DNA from: Eledone cirrhosa
Taxonomy: Eukaryota
Assembly (NCBI GenBank): GCA_964016885.1
Contig: OZ024759.1
Coordinates: forward strand, 7,564,001 to 7,628,000
Length of the DNA stretch: 64,000 bases
Reading direction: 5' to 3'
In this document: in pieces, positions 1 through 17,400 of the stretch
How the letters are laid out: every line of letters begins with the position of its first letter
Position numbering within the stretch: the stretch's first letter is position 1
Notes under the pieces: generated by a model
What the model was told of the DNA's origin: nothing
Seen by the model: only the letters and a program-made list of their open reading frames with translations
Databases searched by the model: none
Translations under genes and position numbers: made by a program

Positions 1-60
1 TGTGTGTTTGTGTATATATATATATATATGTATATGTGTGTGTGTATATATATATATATA

Positions 61-113
<53 letters not shown>

Positions 114-124
114 GTATATGTATA

Positions 125-157
<33 letters not shown>

Positions 158-224
158 GTATATGTGTGTGTGTATATATATATATATATGTATATGTGTG
201 TGTGTATATATATATATATGTATA

Positions 225-265
<41 letters not shown>

Positions 266-276
266 GTATATGTATA

Positions 277-309
<33 letters not shown>

Positions 310-376
310 GTATATGTGTGTGTGTATATATATATATATATGTATATGTGTGTGTGTATATATATATATATGTATA

Positions 377-407
<31 letters not shown>

Positions 408-432
408 GTATATGTGTGTGTGTATATATATA
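1..432. repeat. Compound (TA)n/(TG)n microsatellite
   Basis: Alternating TA and TG runs read directly. The YI/CV-rich ORFs here are artefacts. Confidence 0.97.
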
Positions 433-1685
433 TGGAAGCACGGCCTAGAGTCAAAAGGACTTAAAATTAACCTGGCTAAGACCAAAGTTCTAGTTTGTAG
501 GAAAGAAAACAAGGCGGCGGTCCCTTCTGGGAAATGGTCGTGCTCGGTGTGTAGGAAAGGAGTAGGTAGAAACTCCATTTTATGTCCTAAATGCAAAGTA
601 TGGGTGCATAAAAGATGTAGTGGGATCACAGGTAAGCTAACTAAGAACATAGATTTTACATGTGGCCGGTGTTCTGGTGCAATAAGTAGCAGCAAGTGCC
701 CACAAAATACTAGCTCTTTCAATTGCGCAGAGGGTTCTATAGAAATAGTGGACAGCTTCCGTTACCTGGGCGATAAAATCAGCAGTGGGGGAGGGTGCTC
801 TGAAAGTACAGTAGCTAGAGTCAGAACTGGTTGGAAAAAGTTCAGAGAGCTTATACCACTATTAGCTGCTAAAGGGTTCTCCCTAAAAATGAAAGGCAGG
901 TTGTACGATGCCTGCATACGAACAGCAATGTTGCATGGTAGTGAGACCTGGGCATTGTGTGCAGAGGATATACGCAGACTAGAGAGGAACGAAGCTTGCA
1001 TGCTCCGCTGGATGTGTAACAGTAATATACGTGAACGGCAAAGCATAAACGAACTAAGGAAAAAATTAGAGATAAGAGGGATCAGATGTTGTTTACTCGA
1101 GAGAAGGCTGTGTTGGTATGGACACGTGATGCGCATGAAAGTCGATAGCTGTATAACAAAGTGCAGGGCAATAAAGATAGACGGTAGCCACGGAATAGGC
1201 AGACCTAGAAAAACCTGGGATGAGCTGATAAACTCCGACCTCACACACTTACACCTCTCCAAGACAATGTCACTGGACCGAGACCTTTGGCGGTACTCAG
1301 TAACAGAGAAGTCCCGCCTTGCCAGTAGGCATCTCTAACAAAATACAACCCCCCCCCCCCCCCCCCACACCCCATCCACACCACCCCGTTCTATGTAAAG
1401 TTATGTTGATGCCGCGCCATCCAGGCCGAAACAAATGAGATCGTGTAGGTGTCACGACAAAAAACACAGTCCACGCTGTAATGTGGCCGTGTAGGCAACA
1501 CGGTAAAAACCTCCCAGACCCACACTGTAAATGTGGTTGGTGTTAGGAAGGGCATCCAACTGTAGAAAACCTGCCAGACAGTCCTATGCAAGCAAGACAA
1601 TCACTCTTGCCTCAAGTGGGACTACCCCCGTCCAAACCCATGCAAGCGTGGAACACGGACGTTAAACGTTGATGATGATGATGAT
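430..1685 (+). mobile_element. 5'-truncated RTE-clade LINE (family A): RT C-terminus with inserted PHD finger, 3'UTR, (GAT)n tail
   Basis: Frame reads [12 protein letters not shown]...FRYLG...RVRTGWKKF...LHGSETW...[12 protein letters not shown]...GRPRKTW, stop at 1338. The 3'UTR ends in gttaaacgtt(gat)n. Homologous to 40780-42040. Confidence 0.93.
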
Positions 1686-1722
1686 ATGTATATGTGTGTG
1701 TGTATATATATATATATGTATA

Positions 1723-1753
<31 letters not shown>

Positions 1754-1758
1754 GTATA

Positions 1759-1789
<31 letters not shown>

Positions 1790-1842
1790 GTATATGTGTG
1801 TGTGTGTATATATATATATATATGTATATGTGTGTGTGTGTA
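1686..1842. repeat. (TA)n/(TG)n microsatellite
   Basis: Direct reading; same repeat as 1-432, so the LINE interrupts it. Confidence 0.95.
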
Positions 1843-1954
1843 TTGAGAAAGAGAAGATAGTGAGGAGAATTTGTTTGTTATTGGGAAGTAAATAGGTTAA
1901 AAATGTTGTTGGAGGTCAATGGCTTCTGTTGAAGAGACGTAACAATGCCTTTAG

Positions 1955-4900
1955 TACAACCACAACCACAACTACCACCACAACAACAACTACCACCACT
2001 ACAACCACAACTACCACCACAACAACAACTACCACCACTACAACCACAACTACCACCACAACAACAACTACCACCACTACAACCACAACCAAAACTACCA
2101 CCACAACAACAACTACCACCACTACAACCACAACCACAACTACCACCACAACAACAACTACCACCACTACAACCACAACCACAACTACCACCACAACAAC
2201 AACTACCACCACTACAACCACAACCACAACTACCACCACAACCTTCACTACCACTACAACCACAACTACCACCACAACAACAACTACCACCACTACAACC
2301 ACAACCACAACTACCACCACAACAACAACTACCACCACTACAACCACAACCACCACCACAACAACAACTACCACCACTACAACCACAACTACAACCACAA
2401 CCACAACTACCACCACAACAACAACTACCACCACTACAACCACAACTACCACCACAACAACAACTACCACCACTACAACCACAACCAAAACTACCACCAC
2501 AACAACAACTACCACCACTACAACCACAACCACAACCACAACCACAACTACCACCACTACAACCACAACCACAACCACAACCACAACTACCACCACAACA
2601 ACAACTACCACCACTACAACCACAACTACCACCACAACAACAACTACCACCACTACAACCACAACTACAACCACAACCACAATTACCACCACAACAACAA
2701 CTACCACCACTACAACCACAACTACCACCACAACAACAACTACCACCACTACAACCACAACCAAAACTACCACCACAACAACAACTACCACCACTACAAC
2801 CACAACCACAACCACAACAACAACTAGTAACCACTACAACCACAACCACAACTACCACCACAACCTTCACTACCACTACAACCACAACCACAACTACCAC
2901 CACAACCTTCACTACCACTACAACCACAACAACAACTACCACCACAACCTTTACTACCACTACAACCACAACAAAAACTACCACCACTACAACCACAACT
3001 ACAACCACAACCACAACTACCACCACAACAACAACTACCACCACTACAACCACAACTACCACCACAACAACAACTACCACCACTACAACCACAACCAAAA
3101 CTACCACCACAACAACAACTACCACCACTACAACCACAACCACAACCACAACAACAACTAGTAACCACTACAACCACAACCACAACTACCACCACAACCT
3201 TCACTACCACTACAACCACAACCACAATTACCACCACAACCTTCACTACTACTACAACCACAACAACAACTACCACCACCACTACCACCACCACTACAAC
3301 CACAACAATAACTACCACCTCAACCTTCACTACCACTACAACCACAACAACAACTACCACCACAACATTCACTACCGCTACAACAACAACAACAACTACC
3401 ACCACAACCTTCACTACCACTACAACCACAACAACTACCACCACAACCTTTACTACCACTACAACCACAACAACAACTACCACCACAACCTTCACTACCA
3501 CTACAACCACAACAACAACTACCACCACAACCTTCACTACCACTACTACCACCACAACCTTCACTACCACTACAACCACAACCACAACTACCACCACAAC
3601 ATTCACTACCACTACAACCACAACCACAACTACCACCACAACAACAACTACCACCACTACAACCACAACCACAACTACCACCACAACAACAACTACCACC
3701 ACTACAACCACAACCACAACTACCACCACAACAACAACTACCACCACTACAACCACAACTACAACCACAACCACAACTACCACCACAACAACAACTACCA
3801 CCACTACAACCACAACTACCACCACAACAACAACTACCACCACTACAACCACAACCAAAACTACCACCACAACAACAACTACCACCACTACAACCACAAC
3901 CACAACAACAACTAGTAACCACTACAACCACAACCACAACTACCACCACAACCTTCACTACCACTACAACCACAACCACAACTACCACCACAACTACAAC
4001 CACAACCACAACTACCACCACAACAACAACTACCACCACTACAACCACAACTACCACCACAACAACAACTACCACCACTACAACCACAACTACAACCACA
4101 ACCACAACTACTACAACCACAACTACCACCACAACAACAACTACCACCACTACAACCACAACTACAACCACAACCACAACTACCACCACAACAACAACTA
4201 CCACCACTACAACCACAACCAAAACTACCACCACAACAACAACTACCACCACTACAACCACAACCACAACCACAACAACAACTAGTAACCACTACAACCA
4301 CAACCACAACTACCACCACAACCTTCACTACCACTACAACCACAACCACAACTACCACCACAACTACAACCACAACCACAACTACCACCACAACAACAAC
4401 TACCACCACTACAACCACAACTACCACCACAACAACAACTACCACCACTACAACCACAACTACAACCACAACCACAACTACCACCACAACAACAACTACC
4501 ACCACTACAACCACAACTACCACCACAACAACAACTACCACCACTACAACCACAACCAAAACTACCACCACAACAACAACTACCACCACTACAACCACAA
4601 CCACAACAACAACTAGTAACCACTACAACCACAACCACAACTACCACCACAACCTTCACTACCACTACAACCACAACCACAACTACCACCACAACCTTCA
4701 CTACCACTACAACCACAACAACAACTACCACCACAACCTTTACTACCACTACAACCACAACAAAAACTACCACCACTACAACCACAACCACAACTACTAC
4801 CACAACAACAACTACCACCACTACAACCACAACTACAACCACAACCACAACTACCACCACAACAACAACTACCACCACTACAACCACAACTACCACCACA

Positions 4901-7900
4901 ACAACAACTACCACCACTACAACCACAACCAAAACTACCACCACAACAACAACTACCACCACTACAACCACAACCACAACCACAACAACAACTAGTAACC
5001 ACTACAACCACAACCACAACTACCACCACAACCTTCACTACCACTACAACCACAACCACAATTACCACCACAACCTTCACTACTACTACAACCACAACAA
5101 CAACTACCACCACAACTACCACCACCACTACAACCACAACAATAACTACCACCTCAACCTTCACTACCACTACAACCACAACAACAACTACCACCACAAC
5201 ATTCACTACCACTACAACCACAACAACAACTACCACCACAACTTTCACTACCGCTACAACCACAACAACAACTACCACCACAACCTTCACTACCACTACA
5301 ATCACAACAACAACTACCACCACAACCTTCACTACCACTACAACCAAAACAACAACTACCACCACAACAACAACCACAACCACAACAACAACTAGTAACC
5401 ACTACAACCACAACCACAACTACCACCACAACCTTCACTACCACTACAACCACAACAACAACTACAACCACAACTACCACCACAACCTTCACTACCACTA
5501 CAACCACAACAACAACTACCACCACAACCTTCACTACCACTACAACCAAAACAACAACTACCACCACAACAACAACCACAACCACAACAACAACTAGTAA
5601 CCACTACAACCACAACCACAATTACCACCTCAACCTTCACTACAACTACAACCACAACAACAACTACCACCACAACCTTTACTACCACTACAACCACAAC
5701 AACAACTACCACCACAACCTTCACTACAACCACAACAACAACTACCACCACAACCTTCACTACAACTACAACCACAACAACAACTACAACCACAACTACC
5801 ACCACAACCTTTACTACCACTACAACCACAACAACAACTACCACCACAACCTTCACTACCACTACAACCAAAACAACAACTACCACCACAACCTTCACCA
5901 CCACTACAACCACAACAACAACAACTACCACCACAAACTTTACTACCACTACAACCACAACAACAACTACCACTACAACCAAAACCACAACTACCACCAC
6001 AACCTTTACTACCACTACAACCACAACCACAACTACCACCAGAACATTTACTACCACTACAACCACAACAACAACTACCACCACAACCTTCACTACCACT
6101 ACAACCACAAGAACAACTACCACTACAACCACAACAACTACCACCACAACTACCACCACAACCTTTACTACCACTACAACCACAACAACAACTACCACCA
6201 CAACCTTCACTACCACTACAACCACAACAACAACTACCACTACAACCACAACAACAACTACCACCACAACTACCACCACAACCTTCACTACCACTACAAC
6301 CACAACAACAACTACAACCACAACCTTCACTACCACTACAACCACAACAACAACTACCACCACAACCTTCACTACCACTACAACCACAACAACAACTACA
6401 ACCACAACCTTCACTACCACTACAACCACAACAACAACTACCACCACAACCTTCACTACCACTACAACCACAACAATAACTACCACCACAACCTTCACTA
6501 CCTCTACAACCACAACCACAACTACCACCACAACCTTCACTATCACTACAACCACAACAACTACAACCACAACCTTCACTACCACTACAACCACAACAAC
6601 AACTACCACCACAACCTTCACTACCACTACAACCACAACAACAACTACCACCACAACCTTCACTACCACTACAACCACAACAACAACTACCACCACAACC
6701 TTCACTACCACTACAACCACAACAACAACTACCACCACAACCTTCACTACCACTACAACCACAACAACAACTACCACCACAACCTTCACTACCACTACAA
6801 CCACAACAACAACTACCACCACAACCTTCACTACCACTACAACCGCAACAACAACTACCACCACAACCTTCACTACCACTACAACCACAACAACAACTAC
6901 CACCACAACCTTCACTACCACTACAACCACAACAACAACAACCACCACAACTACCACCACCACTACAACCACAACAACAACTACCACCACAACCTTCACT
7001 ACCACTACAACCACAACAACAACTACCACCACAACCTTCACTACCACTACAACCACAACCACAACTACAACCACAACCTTCACTACCTCTACAACCACAA
7101 CCACAACTACCACCACAACCTTCACTACCTCTACAACCACAACCACAACTACCACCACAACCTTCACTACCTCTACAACCACAACAACAACTACCACCAC
7201 AACCTTCACTAGCACTACAACCACAACAACAACTACCACCACAACCTTCACTAGCACTACAACCACAACAACAACAACCACCACAACCTTCACTACCACT
7301 ACAACCACAACAACAACAACCACAACAACAACCACCACCACAACCTTCACTACCACTACAACCACAACAACAACAACCACAACAACAACTACCACCACAA
7401 CCTTCACTAGAACTACAACCACAACAATAACTACCACCACAACCTTCACCACCACTACAACCACAACAACAACTACAACCACAACCTTTACTACCACTAC
7501 AACCACAACCTTCACTACAACTACAACCACAACAACAACCACCACCACAACCTTCACTACCACTACAACCACAACAACAACAACCACAACAACAACTACT
7601 ACCACAACCTTCACTAGAACTACAACCACAACAATAACTACCACCACAACCTTCACTACAACTACAACCACAACAACAACTACAACCACAACTACCACCA
7701 CAACCTTTACTACAACTACAACCACAACAACAACTACCACCACAACCTTCACTACCACTACAACCACAACAACAACTACCACCACAACCTTCACCACCAC
7801 TACAACCACAACAACAACTACCACCGCAACCTTCACTACCACTACAACCACAACAACAACTACCACCACAACCTTCACCACCACTACAACCACAACAACA

Positions 7901-10900
7901 ACTACCACCACAACCTTCACTACCACTACAACCACAACAACAACTACCACCACAACCTTCACTACAACTACAACCACAACAACAACTACCACCACAACCT
8001 TCACTACCACCACAACCTTCACTACCACCACAACCTTCACTACCACTACAACCACAACAACAACTACCACCACAACCTTCACCACCACTACAACCACAAC
8101 AACAACTACCACCACAACCTTCACTACCACTACAACCACAACAACAACTACCACCACAACTACCACCACAACCTTCACTACCACTACAACCACAACAACA
8201 ACTACAACCACAACCTTCACTACCACTACAACCACAACAACAACTACCACCACAACCTTCACTACCACTACAACCACAACAACAACTACAACCACAACCT
8301 TCACTACCACTACAACCACAACAACAACTACCACCACAACCTTCACTACCAATACAACCACAACAATAACTACCACCACAACCTTCACTACCTCTACAAC
8401 CACAACCACAACTACCACCACAACCTTCACTATCACTACAACCACAACAACTACAACCACAACCTTCACTACCACTACAACCACAACTACCACCACAACC
8501 TTCACTACCACTACAACCACAACAACAACTACCACCACAACCTTCACTACCACTACAACCACAACAACAACTACCACCACAACCTTCACTACCACTACAA
8601 CCACAACAACAACTACCACCACAACCTTCACTACCACTACAACCACAACAACAACTACCACCACAACCTTCACTACCACTACAACCACAACAACAACTAC
8701 CACCACAACCTTCACTACCACTACAACCGCAACAACAACTACCACCACAACCTTCACTACCACTACAACCACAACAACAACTACCACCACAACCTTCACT
8801 ACCACTACAACCACAACAACAACAACCACCACAACTACCACCACCACTACAACCACAACAACAACTACCACCACAACCTTCACTACCACTACAACCACAA
8901 CAACAACTACCACCACAACCTTCACTACCACTACAACCACAACCACAACTACAACCACAACCTTCACTACCTCTACAACCACAACCACAACTACCACCAC
9001 AACCTTCACTACCTCTACAACCACAACCACAACTACCACCACAACCTTCACTACCTCTACAACCACAACAACAACTACCACCACAACCTTCACTAGCACT
9101 ACAACCACAACAACAACTACCACCACAACCTTCACTAGCACTACAACCACAACAACAACAACCACCACAACCTTCACTACCACTACAACCACAACAACAA
9201 CAACCACAACAACAACCACCACCACAACCTTCACTACCACTACAACCACAACAACAACAACCACAACAACAACTACCACCACAACCTTCACTAGAACTAC
9301 AACCACAACAATAACTACCACCACAACCTTCACCACCACTACAACCACAACAACAACTACAACCACAACCTTTACTACCACTACAACCACAACCTTCACT
9401 ACAACTACAACCACAACAACAACCACCACCACAACCTTCACTACCACTACAACCACAACAACAACAACCACAACAACAACTACTACCACAACCTTCACTA
9501 GAACTACAACCACAACAATAACTACCACCACAACCTTCACTACAACTACAACCACAACAACAACTACAACCACAACTACCACCACAACCTTTACTACAAC
9601 TACAACCACAACAACAACTACCACCACAACCTTCACTACCACTACAACCACAACAACAACTACCACCACAACCTTCACCACCACTACAACCACAACAACA
9701 ACTACCACCGCAACCTTCACTACCACTACAACCACAACAACAACTACCACCACAACCTTCACCACCACTACAACCACAACAACAACTACCACCACAACCT
9801 TCACTACCACTACAACCACAACAACAACTACCACCACAACCTTCACTACAACTACAACCACAACAACAACTACCACCACAACCTTCACTACCACCACAAC
9901 CTTCACTACCACCACAACCTTCACTACCACTACAACCACAACAACAACTACCACCACAACCTTCACCACCACTACAACCACAACAACAACTACCACCACA
10001 ACCTTCACTACCACTACAACCACAACAACAACTACCACCACAACCTTCACTACAACTACAACCACAACAACAACTACCACCACAACCTTCACCACCACTA
10101 CAACCACAACAACAACTACCACCACAACCTTCACTACCACTACAACCACAACAACAACTACCACCACAACCTTCACTACAACTACAACCACAACAACTAC
10201 CACCACAACCTTCACTACAACTACAACCACAACAACAACTACCACCACAACCTTTACTACCACTACAACCACAACAATAACTACCACAACAACAACTACC
10301 ACCACAACCTTCACTACCACTACAACCACAACAACAACTACCACCACAACCTTCACTACCACTACAACCACAACAACAACTACCTCCACAACAATAACTA
10401 CTACAACCACAACTACCACCACAACCTTCACTACCACCACAACCTTCACTACCACTACAACCACAACAACAACCACAACAAAAACTACCACCACAACCTT
10501 CACTACCACTACAACCACAACAACAACTACAACCACAACTACCACCACAACCTTCACTACCACTACAACCACAACAACAACCACAACAACAACTACCACC
10601 ACAACCTTCACTACCACTACAACCACAACAACAACTACAACCACAACTACCACTACAACCACAACAACAACTACAACAACAACTACCACCACAACCTTCA
10701 CTACCACTACAACCACAACAACAACAACCACAACAACAACTACCACTACAACCACAACAACAACTACAACCACAACCTTCACTACCACTACAACCACAAC
10801 AACAACTACCACCTCAACCTTCACTACCACTACAACCACAACAATAACTACCACCACAACAACAACTACCACTACAACCACAACAACAACTACCACCTCA

Positions 10901-11622
10901 ACCTTCACTACCACTACAACCACAACAACAACTACCGCCTCAACCTTCACTACCACCACAACCACAACAACAACTACAACCACAACCTTCACTACCACTA
11001 CAACCACAACAACAACTACCACCTCAACCTTCACTACCACTACAACCACAACAACAACAACCACAACAACAACTACCACTACAACCACAACAACAACTAC
11101 CACCTCAACCTTCACTACCACTACAACCACAACAACAACAACCACAACAACAACTACCACTACAACCACAACAACAACTACCACCACAACCTTCACTAAC
11201 ACTACAACCACAACAATAACTACCACCACAACAACTACCACCACAACCTTCACTACCACTACAACCACAACAACAATTACCACCACAACCTTCACTACCA
11301 CTACAACCACAACAACAACAACCACAACAACAACTACCACCACAACCTTCACTACCACTACAACCACAACAACAACAACCACAACAACAACTACCACCAC
11401 AACCTTCACTAACACTACAACCACAACAATAACTACCACCACAACAACTACCACCACAACCTTCACTACCACTACAACCACAACAACAACAACCACAACA
11501 ACAACTACCACTACAACCACAACAACAACCACAACAACCTTAACTACCACTACAACCACAACAACAACGACCACAACAATAACTACCACCACAACCTTCA
11601 CTACCACTACAACCACAACAAT
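1955..11622. repeat. 9.7-kb ACN-trinucleotide minisatellite (poly-Thr-like), ~42-bp unit ACCTTCACTACCACTACAACCACAACAACAACTACCACCACA in the distal part
   Basis: Nearly G-free plus strand built from ACC/ACA/ACT triplets. A recurring ACTAGTAACC junction shifts frame in the first 3.6 kb. Confidence 0.95.
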
Positions 11623-11624
11623 AA

Positions 11625-11990
11625 GGTTTTCTATGGCTGGGTGCCCTTCCTAACACCAACCACCTTTACAGTGTGGACTGGGAGGTTTTTACCATGTTAC
11701 CTACACGGCCATATTACAGCATGGACTGTGTTTTTTTTTGTTGTGACACCTACACGCCCTCATTTATTTAGGACTGGATGTTGTGGTACCAACATAACTT
11801 TACAGTGAAAAGGGTGGTGTGGATGGGGTGGGGGTAGTGGGACGGGGTGTATATTTGGTTAAGAGGTGCCTACTGACTGTAGGTTTTGCTTTGTACTTAG
11901 GCAAGGCGGGTCTTCTGTATTACTGCGTAGCGCCAAAGATCTCGGTCCAGTGACATTGTCTTAGAGAGGTGTAAGTGTGTAAGGTCGGAT
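11625..11990 (-). mobile_element. RTE family A fragment (end of ORF plus partial 3'UTR)
   Basis: Colinear with 40895-41240 (gcccttcctaacaccaacc...ctcggtccagtgacattgtc). Confidence 0.88.
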
Positions 11991-12156
11991 TTTAGCAAAC
12001 AGTGAGTGTGTTCTGTTGTTAGTTCTGGCCATATTACAACAATATGACCCTCCCCAAGTATAACAATATATTGTTATATATATAATAGAAAATGGCTAAC
12101 ACAGATACAAAAACAATTAATGTTATTATGTTCATACTTTGAATGAAAGATGTGAA

Positions 12157-12158
12157 TG

Positions 12159-12197
<39 letters not shown>

Positions 12198-12340
12198 ATG
12201 TATATATACATATATGTATGTGTGTGTGTATATATATATATGTGTGTGTGTGTGTATGTATGTATATATACATATATGTATGTGTGTGTGTATATATATA
12301 TATGTGTGTGTGTGTGTATATGTATATATACATATATGTA

Positions 12341-12381
<41 letters not shown>

Positions 12382-12576
12382 ATATATATATGTATATGTG
12401 TGTGTGTATATATATATATATGTGTGTGTGTGTGTATGTGTATGTATATATATATGTGTGTATATATATATATATATGTGTGTGTGTGTCTATATACATA
12501 TATATATATGTGTGTGTGTATATATGTGTGTGTGTGTGTATATATATATGTGTGTGTGTGTATATATATATATATA

Positions 12577-12619
<43 letters not shown>

Positions 12620-12748
12620 ATATATATATATATATGTGTGAGTGTGTGTATATATGTGTGTGTGTGTGTGTATATATATATGTGTGTGTGTGTATATATA
12701 TATATATATGTGTGTGTATATATATATATATGTGTGTGTGTATATATA

Positions 12749-12833
<85 letters not shown>

Positions 12834-12890
12834 ATATATATATATGTGTGTGTGTATATATATATATGTGTGTGTATATATATATATATA

Positions 12891-12929
<39 letters not shown>

Positions 12930-13001
12930 ATATATATGTGTGTGTGTGTATATATATATATATGTGTGAGTGTGTGTATATATGTGTGTGTGTGTGTGTG
13001 T
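12157..13001. repeat. (TA)n/(TG)n microsatellite
   Basis: Direct reading. Confidence 0.97.
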
Positions 13002-13439
13002 CATCAATTAATGTGAGTGTTTCTCTGGTCGTGGGTTGGAAAGGTCATTAGAACTTAACCTGGAGGGAGGGGGGGTCTATGGGAGGGTGGGGGTGGGTAT
13101 AGAAAAGGTGTGGGGAGGGGGTCGATGTAGGGGAGGGTGGGGTGATGGGTGTGGGTGAGGTGTTAAAGAAGGAAGTAAGACTGTAAGGGGCAACACTGAG
13201 ATATACAGCTGTCACCTCTTCCTGGAGTATCTCTCAATATTGGACTTGGTCCATAAAAATGACTAACGTAAGGATAAATGTAAAAAATAGGGAGCATCTT
13301 ATGTAAAGGGGTTTCGACAGAAGAGTAGAAGAGGGGGGGGGGGGAAGGGGAGAAGGAATGAAGTATGGTGGAATTATTTTGGTAAGAAATGTTTATGGTA
13401 ATTGTTTGTCAGATGTTTCTGATAATAAACACTTGTTTG

Positions 13440-14451
13440 TATATATAGACTGGTATATATGTGTGTGTATATAGAGAGACTGGAATATATGTGTGTGTGT
13501 ATATATATATATAGAGAGAGAGGGGAATGTATGTGTGTGTATATATATAGAGAGAGACTGGAATATATGTGTGTATATATATATATAGACTGGAATATAT
13601 GTGTGTGTATATATATAGAGAGACTGGAATATATGTGTGTGTGTATATATAGAGAGACTGGAATATATATGTGTGTATATATATATAGACTGGAATATAT
13701 GTGTGTGTATATATAGAGAGACTGGAATATATGTGTGTGTGTATATAGAGAGACTGGAATATATGTGTGTGTGTATATATATAGAGAGACTGGAATATGT
13801 GTGTGTATATATATATAGACTGGAATATATGTGTGTGTATATATAGAGAGACTGGAATATATGTGTGTGTATATATAGAGAGACTGGAATATATGTGTGT
13901 GTGTATATATATAGAGAGACTGGAATATATGTGTGTGTATATATATAGAGACTGGAATATATGTGTGTGTATATATAGAGAGACTGGAATATATGTGTGT
14001 GTATATATAGAGAGACTGGAATATATGTGTGTGTATATATAGAGAGACTGGAATATATGTGTGTGTATATATATATATATAGAGAGAGAGGGGAATGTAT
14101 GTGTGTGTATATATAGAGAGAGACTGGAATATATGTGTGTGTATATAGAGAGAGACTGGAATATATGTGTGTGTGTATATATAGAGAGAGACTGGAATAT
14201 GTGTGTGTATATATATATATAGAGAGACTGGAATATATGTGTGTGTATATATATAGAGACTGGAATATATGTGTGTATATATATATAGAGACTGGAATAT
14301 ATGTGTGTGTATATATATAGAGAGAGACTGGAATATATGTTTGTGTATATATATATAGAGACTGGAATATATGTGTGTATATATATATATAGAGAGACTG
14401 GAATATATGTGTGTGTATATATATAGAGAGACTGGAATATATGTGTGTGTG

Positions 14452-14487
<36 letters not shown>

Positions 14488-17400
14488 CTGGAATATATGT
14501 GTGTGTGTATATATAGAGAGAAAACTGGAATATGTGTGTGTGTGTGTATATAGAGACTGGAATATATGTGTGTGTATATATATAGAGAGACTGGAATATA
14601 TGTGTGTGTGTATATATATATAGAGACTGGAATATATGTGTGTGTATATATATATATAGAGACTGGAATATATGTGTGTGTATATATATAGAGACAGGAA
14701 TATATGTGTGTGTATATATAGAGACTGGAATATATGTGTGTGTATATATATATAGAGACAGGAATATGTGTGTGTGTATATATATATAGAGACTGGAATA
14801 TATGTGTGTGTATATATATAGAGACAGGAATATATGTGTGTGTGTATATATATATAGAGACTGGAATATATGTGTGTGTGTATATATAGAGAGACTGGAA
14901 TATATGTGTGTGTATATATATAGAGAGAGACTGGAATATATGTGTGTGTATATATATAGAGACTGGAATATATGTGTGTGTATATATATATAGAGACTGG
15001 AATATATGTGTGTGTATATATATAGAGAGAGACTGGAATATATGTGTGTGTATATATATAGAGAGAGAGACTGGAATATATGTGTGTGTATATATATATA
15101 TAGAGACAGGAATATATGTGTGTGTATATATATAGAGACTGGAATATATGTGTGTGTATATATAGAGAGACTGGAATATATGTGTGTGTATATATATATA
15201 TAGAGACTGGAATATATGTGTGTGTATATATATAGAGACTGGAATATATGTGTGTGTATATATATAGAGAGAGACTGGAATATATGTGTGTGTATATATA
15301 TAGAGAGACTGGAATATATGTGTGTGTGTATATATATAGAGAGACTGGAATATATGTGTGTGTATATATATATAGAGAGACTGGAATATATGTGTGTATA
15401 TATATAGAGAGACTGGAATATATGTGTGTGTGTATATATATATAGAGACTGGAATATATGTGTGTGTGTATATATATAGAGAGACTGGAATATATGTGTG
15501 TGTATATATATAGAGAGAGACTGGAATATATGTGTGTATATATAGAGAGACAGGAATATATGTGTGTGTGTATATATAGAGACTGGAATATATGTGTGTG
15601 TATATATATATATAGAGAGAGACTGGAATATATGTGTGTGTGTATATATATATAGAGAGACTGGAATATATGTGTGTGTATATATATATATATAGAGACT
15701 GGAATATATGTGTGTGTATATATATAGAGAGACTGGAATATATGTGTGTGTGTATATATATATAGAGACTGGAATATATGTGTGTGTGTATATATATAGA
15801 GAGACTGGAATATATGTGTGTATATATAGAGAGACAGGAATATATGTGTGTGTGTGTGTATATATAGAGACTGGAATATATGTGTGTGTATATATATATA
15901 TAGAGAGACTGGAATATATGTGTGTGTATATATATATATAGAGACTGGAATATATGTGTGTGTATATATATAGAGAGACTGGAATATATGTGTGTGTATA
16001 TATATATAGAGAGACTGGAATATATGTGTGTGTATATATATAGAGAGAGACTGGAATATATGTGTGTATATATAGAGAGAGACTGGAATATATGTGTGTG
16101 TGTATATATATAGAGACTGGAATATATGTGTGTGTATATATATAGAGAGACTGGAATATATGTGTGTGTGTATATATAGAGAGACTGGAATATATGTGTG
16201 TGTATATATAGAGAGAGAGACTGGAATATATGTGTGTGTATATATATAGAGAGACTGGAATATATGTGTGTGTGTATATATAGAGAGAGACTGGAATATA
16301 TGTGTGTGTGTATATATATAGAGAGACTGGAATATATGTGTGTATATATATATAGAGAGACTGGAATATATGTGTGTGTGTATATATATATATAGAGACT
16401 GGAATATATGTGTGTGTATATATAGAGAGAGACTGGAATATATGTGTGTGTATATATAGAGAGAGACTGGAATATATGTGTGTGTGTATATATATAGAGA
16501 GAGAGACTGGAATATATGTGTGTGTGTATATATATAGAGAGACTGGAATATATGTGTGTGTGTGTATATATAGAGAGACTGGAATATATGTGTGTATATA
16601 TATATAGAGAGACTGGAATATATGTGTGTGTGTATATATATAGAGACTGGAATATATGTGTGTGTATATATATAGAGACAGGAATATATGTGTGTGTATA
16701 TATATATAGAGACTGGAATATATGTGTGTGTGTATATATAGAGAGACTGGAATATATGTGTGTGTATATATATATATAGAGACAGGAATATATGTGTGTG
16801 TATATATATAGAGACTGGAATATATGTGTCTGTATATATATAGAGAGACTGGAATATATGTGTGTGTATATATATAGAGAGAGACTGGAATATATGTGTG
16901 TGTATATATATATATAGAGAGACTGGAATATATGTGTGTGTATATATATATATAGAGACAGGAATATATGTGTGTGTATATATATAGAGACAGGAATATA
17001 TGTGTGTGTATATATATAGAGACTGGAATATATGTGTGTGTATATATAGAGAGACTGGAATATATGTGTGTGTATATATATATATAGAGACTGGAATATA
17101 TGTGTGTGTATATATATATAGAGAGACAGGAATATATGTGTGTGTATATATATAGAGACTGGAATATATGTGTGTGTATATATATATAGAGACTGGAATA
17201 TATGTGTGTGTATATATATAGGGAGAGACTGGAATATATGTGTGTGTGTATATATATATAGAGAGACTGGAATATATGTGTGTGTATATATATATATAGA
17301 GACTGGAATATATGTGTGTGTATATATATAGAGAGACTGGAATATATGTGGGTGTATATATATATAGAGAGACTGGAATATATGTGTGTGTATATATATA

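Noticed and set aside
5392-11616. 2074-aa poly-Val ORF and Cys/Gly-rich keratin-associated-like ORFs
   Set aside because: Antisense or alternative frames of the ACN repeat.
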